From assembly GCA_949298065.1 (NCBI GenBank), contig CASFUZ010000014.1, positions 5,395 to 69,394 on the forward strand: 64,000 bases of DNA, read 5' to 3'. The notes under the pieces were generated by a model, which saw only the letters and a program-made list of their open reading frames with translations, was not told the origin of the DNA and ran no database searches. A program made the translations under genes and the position numbers. Positions 1 to 9,290 of this stretch are shown piece after piece (the first letter of the stretch is position 1; each line of letters starts with the position of its first letter). The stretch comes from an uncultured Pseudomonadota bacterium. GTDB lineage: Bacteria > Pseudomonadota > Alphaproteobacteria > RF32 > CAG-239.

Positions 1-1
1 A

Positions 2-916
2 ATCGGTTATCCGGTTATTGTTAAAGCCACAGCTGGCGGCGGCGGTAAAGGTATGAAAATTGCCTTTAACGATGAGGAAATGAAAGAAGCCTATACAATG
101 GCCCGTGCCGAAGCCAAAGCTGCTTTCACCAGTGATGTTGTCTATATGGAAAAATACCTCCAAAAACCGCGTCATATTGAAATGCAGATTTTGGCCGATA
201 AATATGGTCATGTTGTTCACTTGGGCGAACGTGATTGTTCCATCCAACGCAACAACCAAAAAGTCATTGAAGAGAGCCCCTCTCCGGCATTAAACGAACA
301 ACAAAGAAAAGAGATTGGCGAGATTGTTCGTAAAGCCATTGAAAAAATTGGCTACACCAACGCCGGAACCTTGGAGTTCTTGTATGAAGACGGACGTTTC
401 TACTTTATGGAAATGAACACGCGTCTGCAGGTAGAACATCCGGTAACAGAAGCCGTTACGGGCATAGACATTGTTCGTGAGCAGATTCGTATTGCCAGCG
501 GTGCCGCTTTAGGCTACACCCAAGATGACATTTCCTTCTCCGGCCACGCCATTGAGTGTCGTATCAATGCTGAAGATCCGGAGACATTCATCCCCTGCCC
601 CGGTAAGATTACCGAATGGCATGCTCCGGGAGGCTTAGGAATTCGTGTAGATTCCGAAATTTATTCCGGCTATACGATTCCACCGTTTTATGACAGTATG
701 ATTGCCAAACTCATTGTTCACGGCAAAACGCGTAATGCAGCTTTAATGCGCCTACGTCGTGCTTTGGAAGAATTTGTTATTGAAGGTGTCAAAACCACCA
801 TTCCGCTGCATCAGGAAATCATTTCCCAAGCGGAATATATTGACGGACAATACAATATTCACTGGTTGGAACAGTTTATGGAAAAACTAAAACTAAAACA
901 AAACCAAAGCAAATAA
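2..916 (+). CDS. accC: acetyl-CoA carboxylase biotin carboxylase subunit (5' truncated by window edge)
   Basis: Frame open from window start (IGYPVIVKATAGGGGKGM); motifs RHIEMQI, ERDCSIQR, EMNTRLQVEHPVTE, ECRINAED, YDSMIAKLI. Confidence 0.97.
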   Translation: MGYPVIVKATAGGGGKGMKIAFNDEEMKEAYTMARAEAKAAFTSDVVYMEKYLQKPRHIEMQILADKYGHVVHLGERDCSIQRNNQKVIEESPSPALNEQQRKEIGEIVRKAIEKIGYTNAGTLEFLYEDGRFYFMEMNTRLQVEHPVTEAVTGIDIVREQIRIASGAALGYTQDDISFSGHAIECRINAEDPETFIPCPGKITEWHAPGGLGIRVDSEIYSGYTIPPFYDSMIAKLIVHGKTRNAALMRLRRALEEFVIEGVKTTIPLHQEIISQAEYIDGQYNIHWLEQFMEKLKLKQNQSK

Positions 917-921
917 CTATC

Positions 922-952
922 AACAGCCCCAAAAAATCGGGGCTGTTTTTTT
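922..952 (+). terminator. intrinsic terminator
   Basis: AACAGCCCC-loop-GGGGCTGTT followed by a T-run right after the accC stop. Confidence 0.8.
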
Positions 953-989
953 ATTATTTTCCTTCTATTATAAGTTACGGAGGTACAAA

Positions 990-1709
990 ATGGACACCAA
1001 ACTATCCTTACGAAACATTTTATGGGAAAGCGGCCTTTTCTTACGCCAGAATTATATTCTTTCATTGAGCTTTTTTCTTTTGGCTTATGCCGCCGTTTAT
1101 TACGCTCAGGCTCTAAACATTTCCACCAACCTGCCGATTGTTTTTGCTTACCTGATTTATACTTACTTTTTCTATTACTTTTTTGTTTGCTTTTATTTCA
1201 AACAAAAAATTTTGCTAAACAAGCGCCGTTTTGCCAATGCCTTAATCCGAATGGTTGCAATCCTTTTGTTGGCTTTTGCCACTTTGCTAATACTTAAAAT
1301 CGGTTTCAAAATTCTGTTCTTTCTGGCCGGAACATTACGAGCTTTTCCTGAGGTTTATGAACAATTACGCGATATCTACATCAACATTCTAATGTCCTCC
1401 TACTTCACATGGTTTTTATCCGCATTCGTATTCGTAATTCTGAGCTTCACGTTTTTCATTCCGGCCTTTGCATGGATATCTGCCGTAATCGGGAGAGATT
1501 CTTCCATCACCAGAAGTTTCGCCCGCACCAAAGGCAATTATTGCCGTTTAATACTGATGTTTTTGCTCATTTACGGAATTTTACCTTTAACAATTCTTTT
1601 ATTCAGGGGCTGTTCAGCAGGCGTTGTTGCGGCAGTTTCTGCAGCCATGAGCCTAATTCAAATCATCATTTATCTAAAGATTTACGAAAAATTTTATTCT
1701 CAAAACTAA
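990..1709 (+). CDS. hypothetical integral membrane protein
   Basis: GGAGG RBS, 239 aa, about 6 hydrophobic segments. Confidence 0.8.
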   Translation: MDTKLSLRNILWESGLFLRQNYILSLSFFLLAYAAVYYAQALNISTNLPIVFAYLIYTYFFYYFFVCFYFKQKILLNKRRFANALIRMVAILLLAFATLLILKIGFKILFFLAGTLRAFPEVYEQLRDIYINILMSSYFTWFLSAFVFVILSFTFFIPAFAWISAVIGRDSSITRSFARTKGNYCRLILMFLLIYGILPLTILLFRGCSAGVVAAVSAAMSLIQIIIYLKIYEKFYSQN

Positions 1710-1714
1710 CCCAC

Positions 1715-1747
1715 AAAAAAAACTCCGCAAATTCTGCGGAGTTTTTT
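1715..1747. terminator. bidirectional intrinsic terminator
   Basis: A-run-AACTCCGCA/TGCGGAGTT-T-run between convergent genes. Confidence 0.8.
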
Positions 1748-1764
1748 CTTGAACCTAATAGGAG

Positions 1765-2928
1765 CTATGCTGCTTTAGAGTTTTTTTTAGCGGCAAAAGC
1801 GTTCATTGTTTCAATGATATAATCCTGAGATTCCTTATCCAAATACGGATGCATCGGAATACTCAAAACAGTCTTAGCCAACTTCTCACAAACCGGCAAT
1901 GAACGAGTATTCCATTTAGCATAAGCAGTCTGCGTATTAACCGGACGCGGATAATAAGCTCCGCAAGGAATACCGTTTTCTTTCAAATAAGCCATCAATT
2001 CATCACGATCTTCGCAGGTAATGGTATAAAGAGCATAAGCTGACTTGCAGTTATCCAAAACTTTTTGTTTGCCAAAATAAACATCCAAGTTATCATCATA
2101 GCGTTTTGCAATAGTATAGCGATCTTTAAGCTCTTGGTCAAATACCTTCAATTTTTGCAAAACAACGGCAGCTTGGAAAGAATTCATACGACCGGTCATA
2201 CCCAAGCGAACATTATCATAGTGATCTTCAGGGCTCATACCATGAACACGGCAAGACTTAACCAACTCATTTTCGGTCATATTATTGGTAAATACGGCTC
2301 CACCATCACCATAAGCAGCCAACGGTTTCGTTGGATAGAAGCTGGTAGCTGTCATATCAGCAATGTTACCGGCACGTTTGCCATGATATTCAGAGCCATA
2401 GCTTTGAGCGGCATCAGACAAAACTTTCATACCGTTAGAGTGAGCAATCTTCATAATCTCATCATAGTTGCAGGGGTTACCGAAGATATCAACGGCAATA
2501 ACGGCTTTAAGATTAAGCTTACCCTCTTTCTTAACATTGGCAATAGCCTTTTCCAAATCTTTCGGATCCATATCAAAAGTATCAGGATCTGAATCAACAA
2601 AAATCGGAGTAGCACCAACGATGGCCACACATTCAGCAGAAGCAACGAAAGTGAAAGAAGAAACAAATACGGCATCACCCGGCTTAACATCCCAAGCCAT
2701 CAAGGCAAGGGTCAAAGCATCAGTACCGGAACCGCAGGTAGAGCAATATTTTGTTCCGGAATAAGCAGCCAATTTTTCATCCAATTCGCGGCACTCAGGT
2801 CCTTGAGCATAACCGCCGTGGTTCAAAATCGTTTCAAAAGCTTTCAAGAAGTTTTCCTGACCGATTACTTTCTGCGAAGCCTGAACATCAAACAGATTAA
2901 TCGGTTTAGAAGGTTTATTAGTCATCAT
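1765..2928 (-). CDS. DegT/DnrJ/EryC1/StrS family PLP-dependent sugar aminotransferase
   Basis: SGTDAL, FTFVASAE, DAAQSYG, TSFYPTKPL (PLP Lys), GDGGA; start moved to MMTNK behind an AAGGAA RBS. Confidence 0.93.
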   Translation of the reverse strand: MMTNKPSKPINLFDVQASQKVIGQENFLKAFETILNHGGYAQGPECRELDEKLAAYSGTKYCSTCGSGTDALTLALMAWDVKPGDAVFVSSFTFVASAECVAIVGATPIFVDSDPDTFDMDPKDLEKAIANVKKEGKLNLKAVIAVDIFGNPCNYDEIMKIAHSNGMKVLSDAAQSYGSEYHGKRAGNIADMTATSFYPTKPLAAYGDGGAVFTNNMTENELVKSCRVHGMSPEDHYDNVRLGMTGRMNSFQAAVVLQKLKVFDQELKDRYTIAKRYDDNLDVYFGKQKVLDNCKSAYALYTITCEDRDELMAYLKENGIPCGAYYPRPVNTQTAYAKWNTRSLPVCEKLAKTVLSIPMHPYLDKESQDYIIETMNAFAAKKNSKAA

Positions 2929-3103
2929 AAAATTCCTTTTCGTTGTAAGTTTTAACTGGAAGTGATAGTAGGGCAAAAAAAAACTGAATGCAAAACACAA
3001 AAAATTTCGGCTTTGTAACAAAAGAAAAAAAACATTCTCTTTCATCCCAAAACAAACAATTTTGTTGATTTACATAAAATTATTGCTATATTAAGAATGA
3101 TTT

Positions 3104-3931
3104 TTGCAAAAACCCAGAATAAGGAATTATCCCTTGCGTGGAAAATACAGAATATTGGCAGCCTGTTCACTCATTGCGCTAACGGTTGCCTCCTGCGCCA
3201 ACCCGAATGACAGAACTTCATCTATGCCCGCGGATGAACATCCGACACTTGAAGCATACAATCGTAAAATGTTTGAGTTCAACTATCAGGTTGACAAATA
3301 TGTTTTGAAGCCGACAGCCAAAGGCTATCGTGCGATTACAACGCCATACATTCGCGAACGCGTAAACAATGCACTTGCCAACATCAAAGAACCTATCTCT
3401 GCTTTCAACCACTTGCTGCAAGGCGAGTTCAAAGAAAGCGGCGTTAACTTATCTCGTTTGGTAATTAACTCCACCTTAGGTCTGGCCGGTATGTATGATG
3501 TTGCCGGCGGCTGGGGCTTAAAACCCTCCAAAGCAGGCTTTGATGAAACCTTAGCAAGATGGTGTATTAAGGATGGTCCATTTATTGTTTTACCGCTGTT
3601 AGGCCCTGCAACACCGCGTTCCACGGTCGGTATGGCTGTAGACAGCTTAACCAACCCTGTTTTCTTAGCCACACTGAATGCTCCGGCAGATGTTAAAGAT
3701 AAAATATATTACGGATACTCTGCGGTTTCGGTCATAGCGCTTCGCGAGTCTGCACTGGATTTACTGGATGATTTGGAAAGAAATTCGGTTGATTATTACA
3801 CGACCATGCGTTCCGCCTTTTTACAAAACCGTCAAAATCAAAATTGCATAAACGGCGATGAAAACATCTCTTACGACTTTGACTTTGGCTTTGAGGAAGA
3901 AGACCAAATTTTTGATGAAATGAACAACTAA
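3104..3931 (+). CDS. mlaA: MlaA/VacJ family lipoprotein
   Basis: Lipobox VASC, LEAYNRKMFEFN, INSTLGLAGMYDVA, GPFIVLPLLGP; TTG start may be 3134. Confidence 0.9.
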   Translation: MQKPRIRNYPLRGKYRILAACSLIALTVASCANPNDRTSSMPADEHPTLEAYNRKMFEFNYQVDKYVLKPTAKGYRAITTPYIRERVNNALANIKEPISAFNHLLQGEFKESGVNLSRLVINSTLGLAGMYDVAGGWGLKPSKAGFDETLARWCIKDGPFIVLPLLGPATPRSTVGMAVDSLTNPVFLATLNAPADVKDKIYYGYSAVSVIALRESALDLLDDLERNSVDYYTTMRSAFLQNRQNQNCINGDENISYDFDFGFEEEDQIFDEMNN

Positions 3932-3952
3932 CGGACTGGAGAATAACAAAAT

Positions 3953-4558
3953 ATGAAAAAGAACTTATTTGCCGCAATTTTTGCCTCAATCTTTATGTTT
4001 TCAGCTACGGCAAATGCAGCTGTTGATGCTGCAAAAGCTGAGGAATTTGTACAAAAAGTAACCAAAGAAGGCATTGAAGACATTATCAACGCCAATGTTT
4101 CACAAACCGTTAAAGACGAACGCTTTGAAAAACTTTTTAACAATGCTTTGGACTTAAATTTTATCGGTCAATTTGTACTGGGACGCTACTGGAGAACAGC
4201 TACGGCTGAACAGAAAAAAGAATTTATCAGCGCTTACCGCGAACTCAATATCAAAACATGGTCGCAGCGTTTTGATGAGTTCAAAGGCAAAAACTTCATT
4301 TTTAAAGGCACAACACCGTCTAACACCGCCAATCAGGTTTTTGTAAACTCTGTTGTCCCGATGGATCAAGGCGAGCCTGCAAAAGTTGTATGGCGTGTTA
4401 AGCAAACCGGCAATAATTTCAAAATTGTTGATATTATCATTGAGAATGTCAGCTTAGCCATCACCGCTCGCAATGAATATACGGCTTATATAAAAACAGC
4501 CCCCGGCGGGATTGATGACTTGATTAAGGACTTGCAAAACAAAACCAAGAAAGCATAA
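3953..4558 (+). CDS. mlaC: MlaC/Ttg2D phospholipid-binding periplasmic protein
   Basis: Signal peptide, FVLGRYWRTAT, VVWRV..KIVDIIIENVSL; follows mlaA. Confidence 0.9.
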   Translation: MKKNLFAAIFASIFMFSATANAAVDAAKAEEFVQKVTKEGIEDIINANVSQTVKDERFEKLFNNALDLNFIGQFVLGRYWRTATAEQKKEFISAYRELNIKTWSQRFDEFKGKNFIFKGTTPSNTANQVFVNSVVPMDQGEPAKVVWRVKQTGNNFKIVDIIIENVSLAITARNEYTAYIKTAPGGIDDLIKDLQNKTKKA

Positions 4559-4564
4559 AAACTC

Positions 4565-4589
4565 AAAGCCCCGCCAAAGCGGGGCTTTT
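4565..4589. terminator. bidirectional intrinsic terminator
   Basis: AAAGCCCCGC-CAAA-GCGGGGCTTT. Confidence 0.8.
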
Positions 4590-4591
4590 CA

Positions 4592-4753
4592 TTACTGCTG
4601 TTGTCCGGTAGCTGTTTCCTGAACTTGCTCAACGACTTCAACAACTTCGGGCGCATTTTCTTCAGCCTGCCAACCATCATAAACCCCTCGGCCGACCAGA
4701 TAAAACACCACCAATAAAACGGCATAAAAAATATACTTCAAAACAGTTCCCAT
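4592..4753 (-). CDS. 53-aa single-pass membrane microprotein (not in the ORF track)
   Basis: AGGAGG RBS before ATG; translates MGTVLKYIFYAVLLVVFYLVGRGVYDGWQAEENAPEVVEVVEQVQETATGQQQ*; terminator directly downstream. Confidence 0.8.
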   Translation of the reverse strand: MGTVLKYIFYAVLLVVFYLVGRGVYDGWQAEENAPEVVEVVEQVQETATGQQQ

Positions 4754-4880
4754 TTAAGCCTCCTGATAAAAAGATTCATACGCCGATACACATAATCACC
4801 TTTTAATAACTTTCAAGTCTGAGCACAAAAAAAGCCCCTTGGCTAAAAAGCTAAGAGACTCTTGTACGGTTTGTTTGGAA

Positions 4881-5066
4881 CTAGCAGAGCCACCACTGAC
4901 TGGGCCTGTTGTTCCAAGAAAACCCAAAATAAAATCCGGCCGCGATAATGCAAAGACCGAATAAATACCACTTTTCGGAAACTTCAGATGCAAAAAGCAC
5001 CATAATTCCGAAAAAGATACAATACAAAGCAGCGAAGAGGCTGCTGAAAAATTTAATCTTTTTCAT
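4881..5066 (-). CDS. small 2-TM hypothetical protein
   Basis: 61 aa, two hydrophobic helices, terminator-like hairpin downstream at about 4828-4862. Confidence 0.55.
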   Translation of the reverse strand: MKKIKFFSSLFAALYCIFFGIMVLFASEVSEKWYLFGLCIIAAGFYFGFSWNNRPSQWWLC

Positions 5067-5176
5067 TTTTTTTATTTTAGTTAAACATAAAAATTAACAT
5101 ATATCTAATCACTTAAAAAAGAAAAATAGTACAATCTTGCTAATGCGTCAACACTTTTTGTCAAATTTACGTCAAC

Positions 5177-5210
5177 AAAAAAAAGGCTCTGATTTCACAG
5201 AGCCTTTTTT
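5177..5210. terminator. intrinsic terminator
   Basis: AAAAGGCTCTG-ATTTCA-CAGAGCCTTTT. Confidence 0.75.
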
Positions 5211-5229
5211 ATTATTATAATCCAATAAG

Positions 5230-6198
5230 CTATGCGCCCTCGCCTTCTGCCGGAGTAGCATCACTTGCCGGCGCGCTTCCCGGAACATTTAAAGTGCCGA
5301 TAGCCTTTTTGCGCTTAAGCTTATTCACAAACTTAATGGAGCGCTGTGCATCCCATTTTTTCTTGCCTTCTTCGCGTTGGAAAATCTGCTTATAAACCTC
5401 AATCGCTTGGTCAAACTCCGACAACTTGGTCAAGCAACTTGCCAAACCGTCATATAATTTATGATGATAACGATTATTAATCATCATCTGTGCTTTTTTA
5501 TAGCACTTCAGCGCATCATTAAACTTAAGCATTTTTTGATAAACAAAACCAATACTGATCCATGCCTGAATCTCATGGCTGTCAATATTCAAAATTTTGG
5601 TAAAACATTTCAAAGCAGAGTTATTGTCGCCCATCAACTGATAGGTAACACCGACACCGTTCCAAGCTTTAATATTGGTTTTGTCATTAGATAAAACTTT
5701 TTTGAAGAAAGAAATAGCACGTTCATACTGTTTCAGCTTTTGTAACGTAACGGCAATGCTCAACAAGGTTTGTGTATGCTTGTTGTCAATTTTCATTGCC
5801 TGCTCCAAAACATCCAGAGCTTCTTTGTAAGAGAACATATGTTGAAGCGCAATGGCTTTACCGTTCAGTGCCTCCAAAGAGGTCTGATCAATAGCCACAG
5901 CTTCATCAAAGCATGCAATCGCGTCTTTATACAAGCCGCGCATACTTAGTGTAACGCCCTTATTATTCAGCACCTCGACCGATTGCGGATTAATCTGCAA
6001 TGCCTTATCAAAACACTCCACGGCATCAGTATACCGACTCATTTTCTGATAAGCGAAGCCTTTGCTGTTAAGCGCCTTCCATGATTTAGGTTGTTCATTA
6101 ATTGCGATATCAAACTGCTCAATCGCTTCCTTATACAACCCTTGGTCAAGCAATTCTTGCCCTCTTTTATATGCACTATTTTCGTTTGATTTAACCAT
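5230..6198 (-). CDS. tetratricopeptide repeat protein (about 8 TPRs)
   Basis: 34-aa periodicity, e.g. ALNSKG..AVECFDKAL / VLNNKG..AIACFDEAV. Confidence 0.92.
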   Translation of the reverse strand: MVKSNENSAYKRGQELLDQGLYKEAIEQFDIAINEQPKSWKALNSKGFAYQKMSRYTDAVECFDKALQINPQSVEVLNNKGVTLSMRGLYKDAIACFDEAVAIDQTSLEALNGKAIALQHMFSYKEALDVLEQAMKIDNKHTQTLLSIAVTLQKLKQYERAISFFKKVLSNDKTNIKAWNGVGVTYQLMGDNNSALKCFTKILNIDSHEIQAWISIGFVYQKMLKFNDALKCYKKAQMMINNRYHHKLYDGLASCLTKLSEFDQAIEVYKQIFQREEGKKKWDAQRSIKFVNKLKRKKAIGTLNVPGSAPASDATPAEGEGA

Positions 6199-6294
6199 AT
6201 TTTTTCTCTTTTCAAATTATAGTTACAAAATAATTTAGTTTAAGACATATCACTTTTGCCCCAAACTGTCAAGATTCCCCGCTCAAAAAAGACT

Positions 6295-7245
6295 CTAGCG
6301 GTGCATTAAAACTTTGTAAAAAGGTCCTTCGTCTGTGCGCACCGGAATATACCGACAGGCAAACTTGCGGCAAAAATCGCGTAAAGCTTGGCGTTTTGCG
6401 GCAAAATAAGCGTGATAAGTGTTGCGAAACCCCTTAGACTTTGTTTCAAAAACCACGTGTTCCTTGCCTTCCGCCGCCATATATTCACCGGCTTTTGGCG
6501 CATTATCTTCCAACACATCATATACATTCACACAATAGACTTGCGCTTTTTTGCTCAATGTTGCCAAGGCTTTTTTGTCTGCCTCGTCAAAACCGTAAAA
6601 ATCGCTGATGACAAAGACCGCCGCCCGGCTCTTAAGTCCGGCTTGCAAAACCTGCAAAGGCTTTGCCAATCGTCCCTCGTTGCGTTGTTTCAGAACCAAA
6701 GCGCTAACCTCTGAGATTTTTTTCAACACAGCCATCATTCCGGCGCGGCTGTTTTGGGGCTTAAAAACATAAGTTTCCTTGCCGTCATAAATCAGACAAC
6801 CGAATCTGTCCTTGTTTTCCAAACTCAACCAACCGAACAAAGCCGCAATTTTCGCCGCAGCCACCGATTTTAGCTCAACTTTTGTACCAAAGACCATAGA
6901 GGCGGACAAGTCCAACAAAACATAAATCTCGCGGTCTTTTTCTTCCGCAAAGAGTTTGGTATAAGGCTTTTGCTTGCGCGCCGTAACCCGCCAGTCAATA
7001 TCGCGGACATCATCACCGAAAGCATAGCTCCGAATCTCCTCAAACTCCATTCCCCGCCCCTTAAAAGCCGACTTCACATCTCCGGCTCGGGCAGATACCA
7101 CATTGCTGAACTGATAGTTTTTTAGATAAGGCACAAAGCGGCGTTGCTCCATCAACTCTTCCAAAGAAGCATACAAACCATTGCCCAAAGGCTTAACATC
7201 TTTCGGCTTAAAAAGTTTTTCGGTTAATTTCTTGAGCTTTCCCAT
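6295..7245 (-). CDS. DUF58 domain protein
   Basis: GRGMEFEEIRSYAFGDDVRDIDWRVTAR, DLSASM, ISDF. Confidence 0.93.
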   Translation of the reverse strand: MGKLKKLTEKLFKPKDVKPLGNGLYASLEELMEQRRFVPYLKNYQFSNVVSARAGDVKSAFKGRGMEFEEIRSYAFGDDVRDIDWRVTARKQKPYTKLFAEEKDREIYVLLDLSASMVFGTKVELKSVAAAKIAALFGWLSLENKDRFGCLIYDGKETYVFKPQNSRAGMMAVLKKISEVSALVLKQRNEGRLAKPLQVLQAGLKSRAAVFVISDFYGFDEADKKALATLSKKAQVYCVNVYDVLEDNAPKAGEYMAAEGKEHVVFETKSKGFRNTYHAYFAAKRQALRDFCRKFACRYIPVRTDEGPFYKVLMHR

Positions 7246-7275
7246 ACGGACTCGCTTTCTTAAAATTTTCTAACC

Positions 7276-8253
7276 TTAAGGCAGCGGAACAGTCCGAAGC
7301 AAAGTTGCAATGATATCATCGGTCGTAACCCCTTCGGCCTGAGCCTCAAAGGTCAGGATAATACGGTGCCGCAACACATCATAAACCACGGCATGAATAT
7401 CTTCCGGCGTAACAAAATCCCGATTATTCAGCCAAGCATTGATTTTCGCACATTTATCCAAGGCGATTGTTGCACGCGGGCTGGCGCCGAACTGAACAAA
7501 ACCGGCCAGCTTAGCATCATATTTTTCCGGCTGTCTGGTAGCCATAATCAGCTGCACCAAATATTCCTCAATAGCCTCACTCATATGCACTTGCAAAACT
7601 TCTTTCCGCGCCGCCAAAATATCCGCGACTTCCAAAGCGGCAAAAGTTTTTGCCTGCTCAGCTCCATCATTGGCACAACCGTCTTCGCCACGCACCAAGC
7701 GCAGAATTTTTTTCTCGGCGGCCGCATCAGGCTGGTTTATTTTAACATACATCAAAAAGCGGTCCAACTGCGCTTCCGGCAAGTTATACGTTCCCTCATG
7801 CTCAATCGGGTTTTGCGTTGCCATAACCATAAATAGCTCCGGAAGAGCATAACGTTTGCCGCCCATACTGACTTGCCGCTCGGCCATCGCCTCCAACAAA
7901 GCGGATTGAACCTTTGCCGGCGCACGGTTAATTTCATCTGCCAAAACCAAGTTTGCAAAAATCGGACCTTTGCGAAATTCAAAATTTCCGGTTGCAGCCA
8001 CATATATCTCACTTCCCGTAATATCAGACGGCAGCAAATCCGGCGTAAACTGAATACGATTATATTGCGCTTTCACACAACCTGCCAAAGTCTTAATAGC
8101 TTTTGTTTTGGCTAACCCCGGCGCACCTTCCACCAAAGCATGTCCGTCCGCCAAAAGCGTAATCAGAAGTTTTTTGACCAAATCTTCTTGGCCGATAATT
8201 TTTGTTTCCATAAAATTTTTAAGCGAAATCAGCTTTTCTCTGAGTTCAGACAT
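7276..8253 (-). CDS. moxR: MoxR family AAA+ ATPase
   Basis: EGAPGLAKT, RIQFTPDLLPSD, LADEINRAPAKVQSALLE, ATQNPIE, LPEAQLDRF, GASPR. Confidence 0.95.
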   Translation of the reverse strand: MSELREKLISLKNFMETKIIGQEDLVKKLLITLLADGHALVEGAPGLAKTKAIKTLAGCVKAQYNRIQFTPDLLPSDITGSEIYVAATGNFEFRKGPIFANLVLADEINRAPAKVQSALLEAMAERQVSMGGKRYALPELFMVMATQNPIEHEGTYNLPEAQLDRFLMYVKINQPDAAAEKKILRLVRGEDGCANDGAEQAKTFAALEVADILAARKEVLQVHMSEAIEEYLVQLIMATRQPEKYDAKLAGFVQFGASPRATIALDKCAKINAWLNNRDFVTPEDIHAVVYDVLRHRIILTFEAQAEGVTTDDIIATLLRTVPLP

Positions 8254-8271
8254 CTACTTTCATCCCTTCCG

Positions 8272-9213
8272 TTAATTAGCCATAATCCGATTCAAAAAAT
8301 TATAATACTCGTCCAAAACCGCTTTTTTCATATCTTCGTTGCCCAAGAAATCAAACAATTCAATAGAGCGTTTATAATGGGCGCGCGCACGGTCAAAGTC
8401 GCCTTGTTCGCGATCATAAGCCTCCACCCTTGCTAAATAAAGCAACGATTCCGCCTCGGCAAAATGGTGCGAAACTTTGCCATACAGATAAACGGATTTC
8501 ATTAACGCCTTGCGCGCATTGGCAATATCTCTGATAATATAACGCAAGCAACCGATTGCCGACAATGCGCTTGCTTCACCGAGCAAGTCGCCGTTTTCGC
8601 GATAAAGATTACGGCATTTTTCCAACAAATCATGCGCCACGTCATAGTTCTTGTTTTTCATCTCAATTCTTGCAATCGCACGCAAAGTTGAAGCTTCCTT
8701 AAGCGAGTTGTGGTCTTGCTCAAACAAATCCGCCGCTTTGCGATAAGCCTGCAAAGCATCCTTTTCTTTGTTCAACATTAGATAAATATAAGCCTCGTGG
8801 TCATAAGCATCGCCGAGCAAATCAAGATTATCAATCGCGCTCAATACTTCCTGTGCCCGATGTATGGTTGCGATTGCTCCGGTTGTATTACCGTCTGCGG
8901 CTTGTACTTTGGATAATTTGATAAGTGCATCGCCATAAGTATTCTGCCCATCAATAAAGTTTTTGACCAGCTCTATGGAAGCATTTAATGCTTTGGCAGA
9001 AGCCTCATAATTTTCAAGACTGAGTTCCAATTCACCGAGTCTGGACAAAGCAAAAGCCTCCCCCTCAACATCGTTTTTTTCATCATAAAGACCGGCTGAT
9101 TTTTCATAACAGGAGCGTGCTTCGTCATATTTGCCGGCATGCCAGAAATTATCCCCTTCCTGAAAAACTTGAGACGCTTGAGTAACATATTTTCCCTGAC
9201 TTGTTCTCGGCAT
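8272..9213 (-). CDS. TPR-like helical repeat protein (about 40-aa repeats)
   Basis: Repeats GEAFAL/KEASTL/GEASAL/AEAESL; start moved to MPRTSQ behind an AGGAG RBS. Confidence 0.85.
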   Translation of the reverse strand: MPRTSQGKYVTQASQVFQEGDNFWHAGKYDEARSCYEKSAGLYDEKNDVEGEAFALSRLGELELSLENYEASAKALNASIELVKNFIDGQNTYGDALIKLSKVQAADGNTTGAIATIHRAQEVLSAIDNLDLLGDAYDHEAYIYLMLNKEKDALQAYRKAADLFEQDHNSLKEASTLRAIARIEMKNKNYDVAHDLLEKCRNLYRENGDLLGEASALSAIGCLRYIIRDIANARKALMKSVYLYGKVSHHFAEAESLLYLARVEAYDREQGDFDRARAHYKRSIELFDFLGNEDMKKAVLDEYYNFLNRIMAN

Positions 9214-9290
9214 AATAAAAACTCCTTTTAATTCATTTAATATTATTATATATATTTCGTAATAAGCAAAAAAACAAGAAGTAATAAAAA

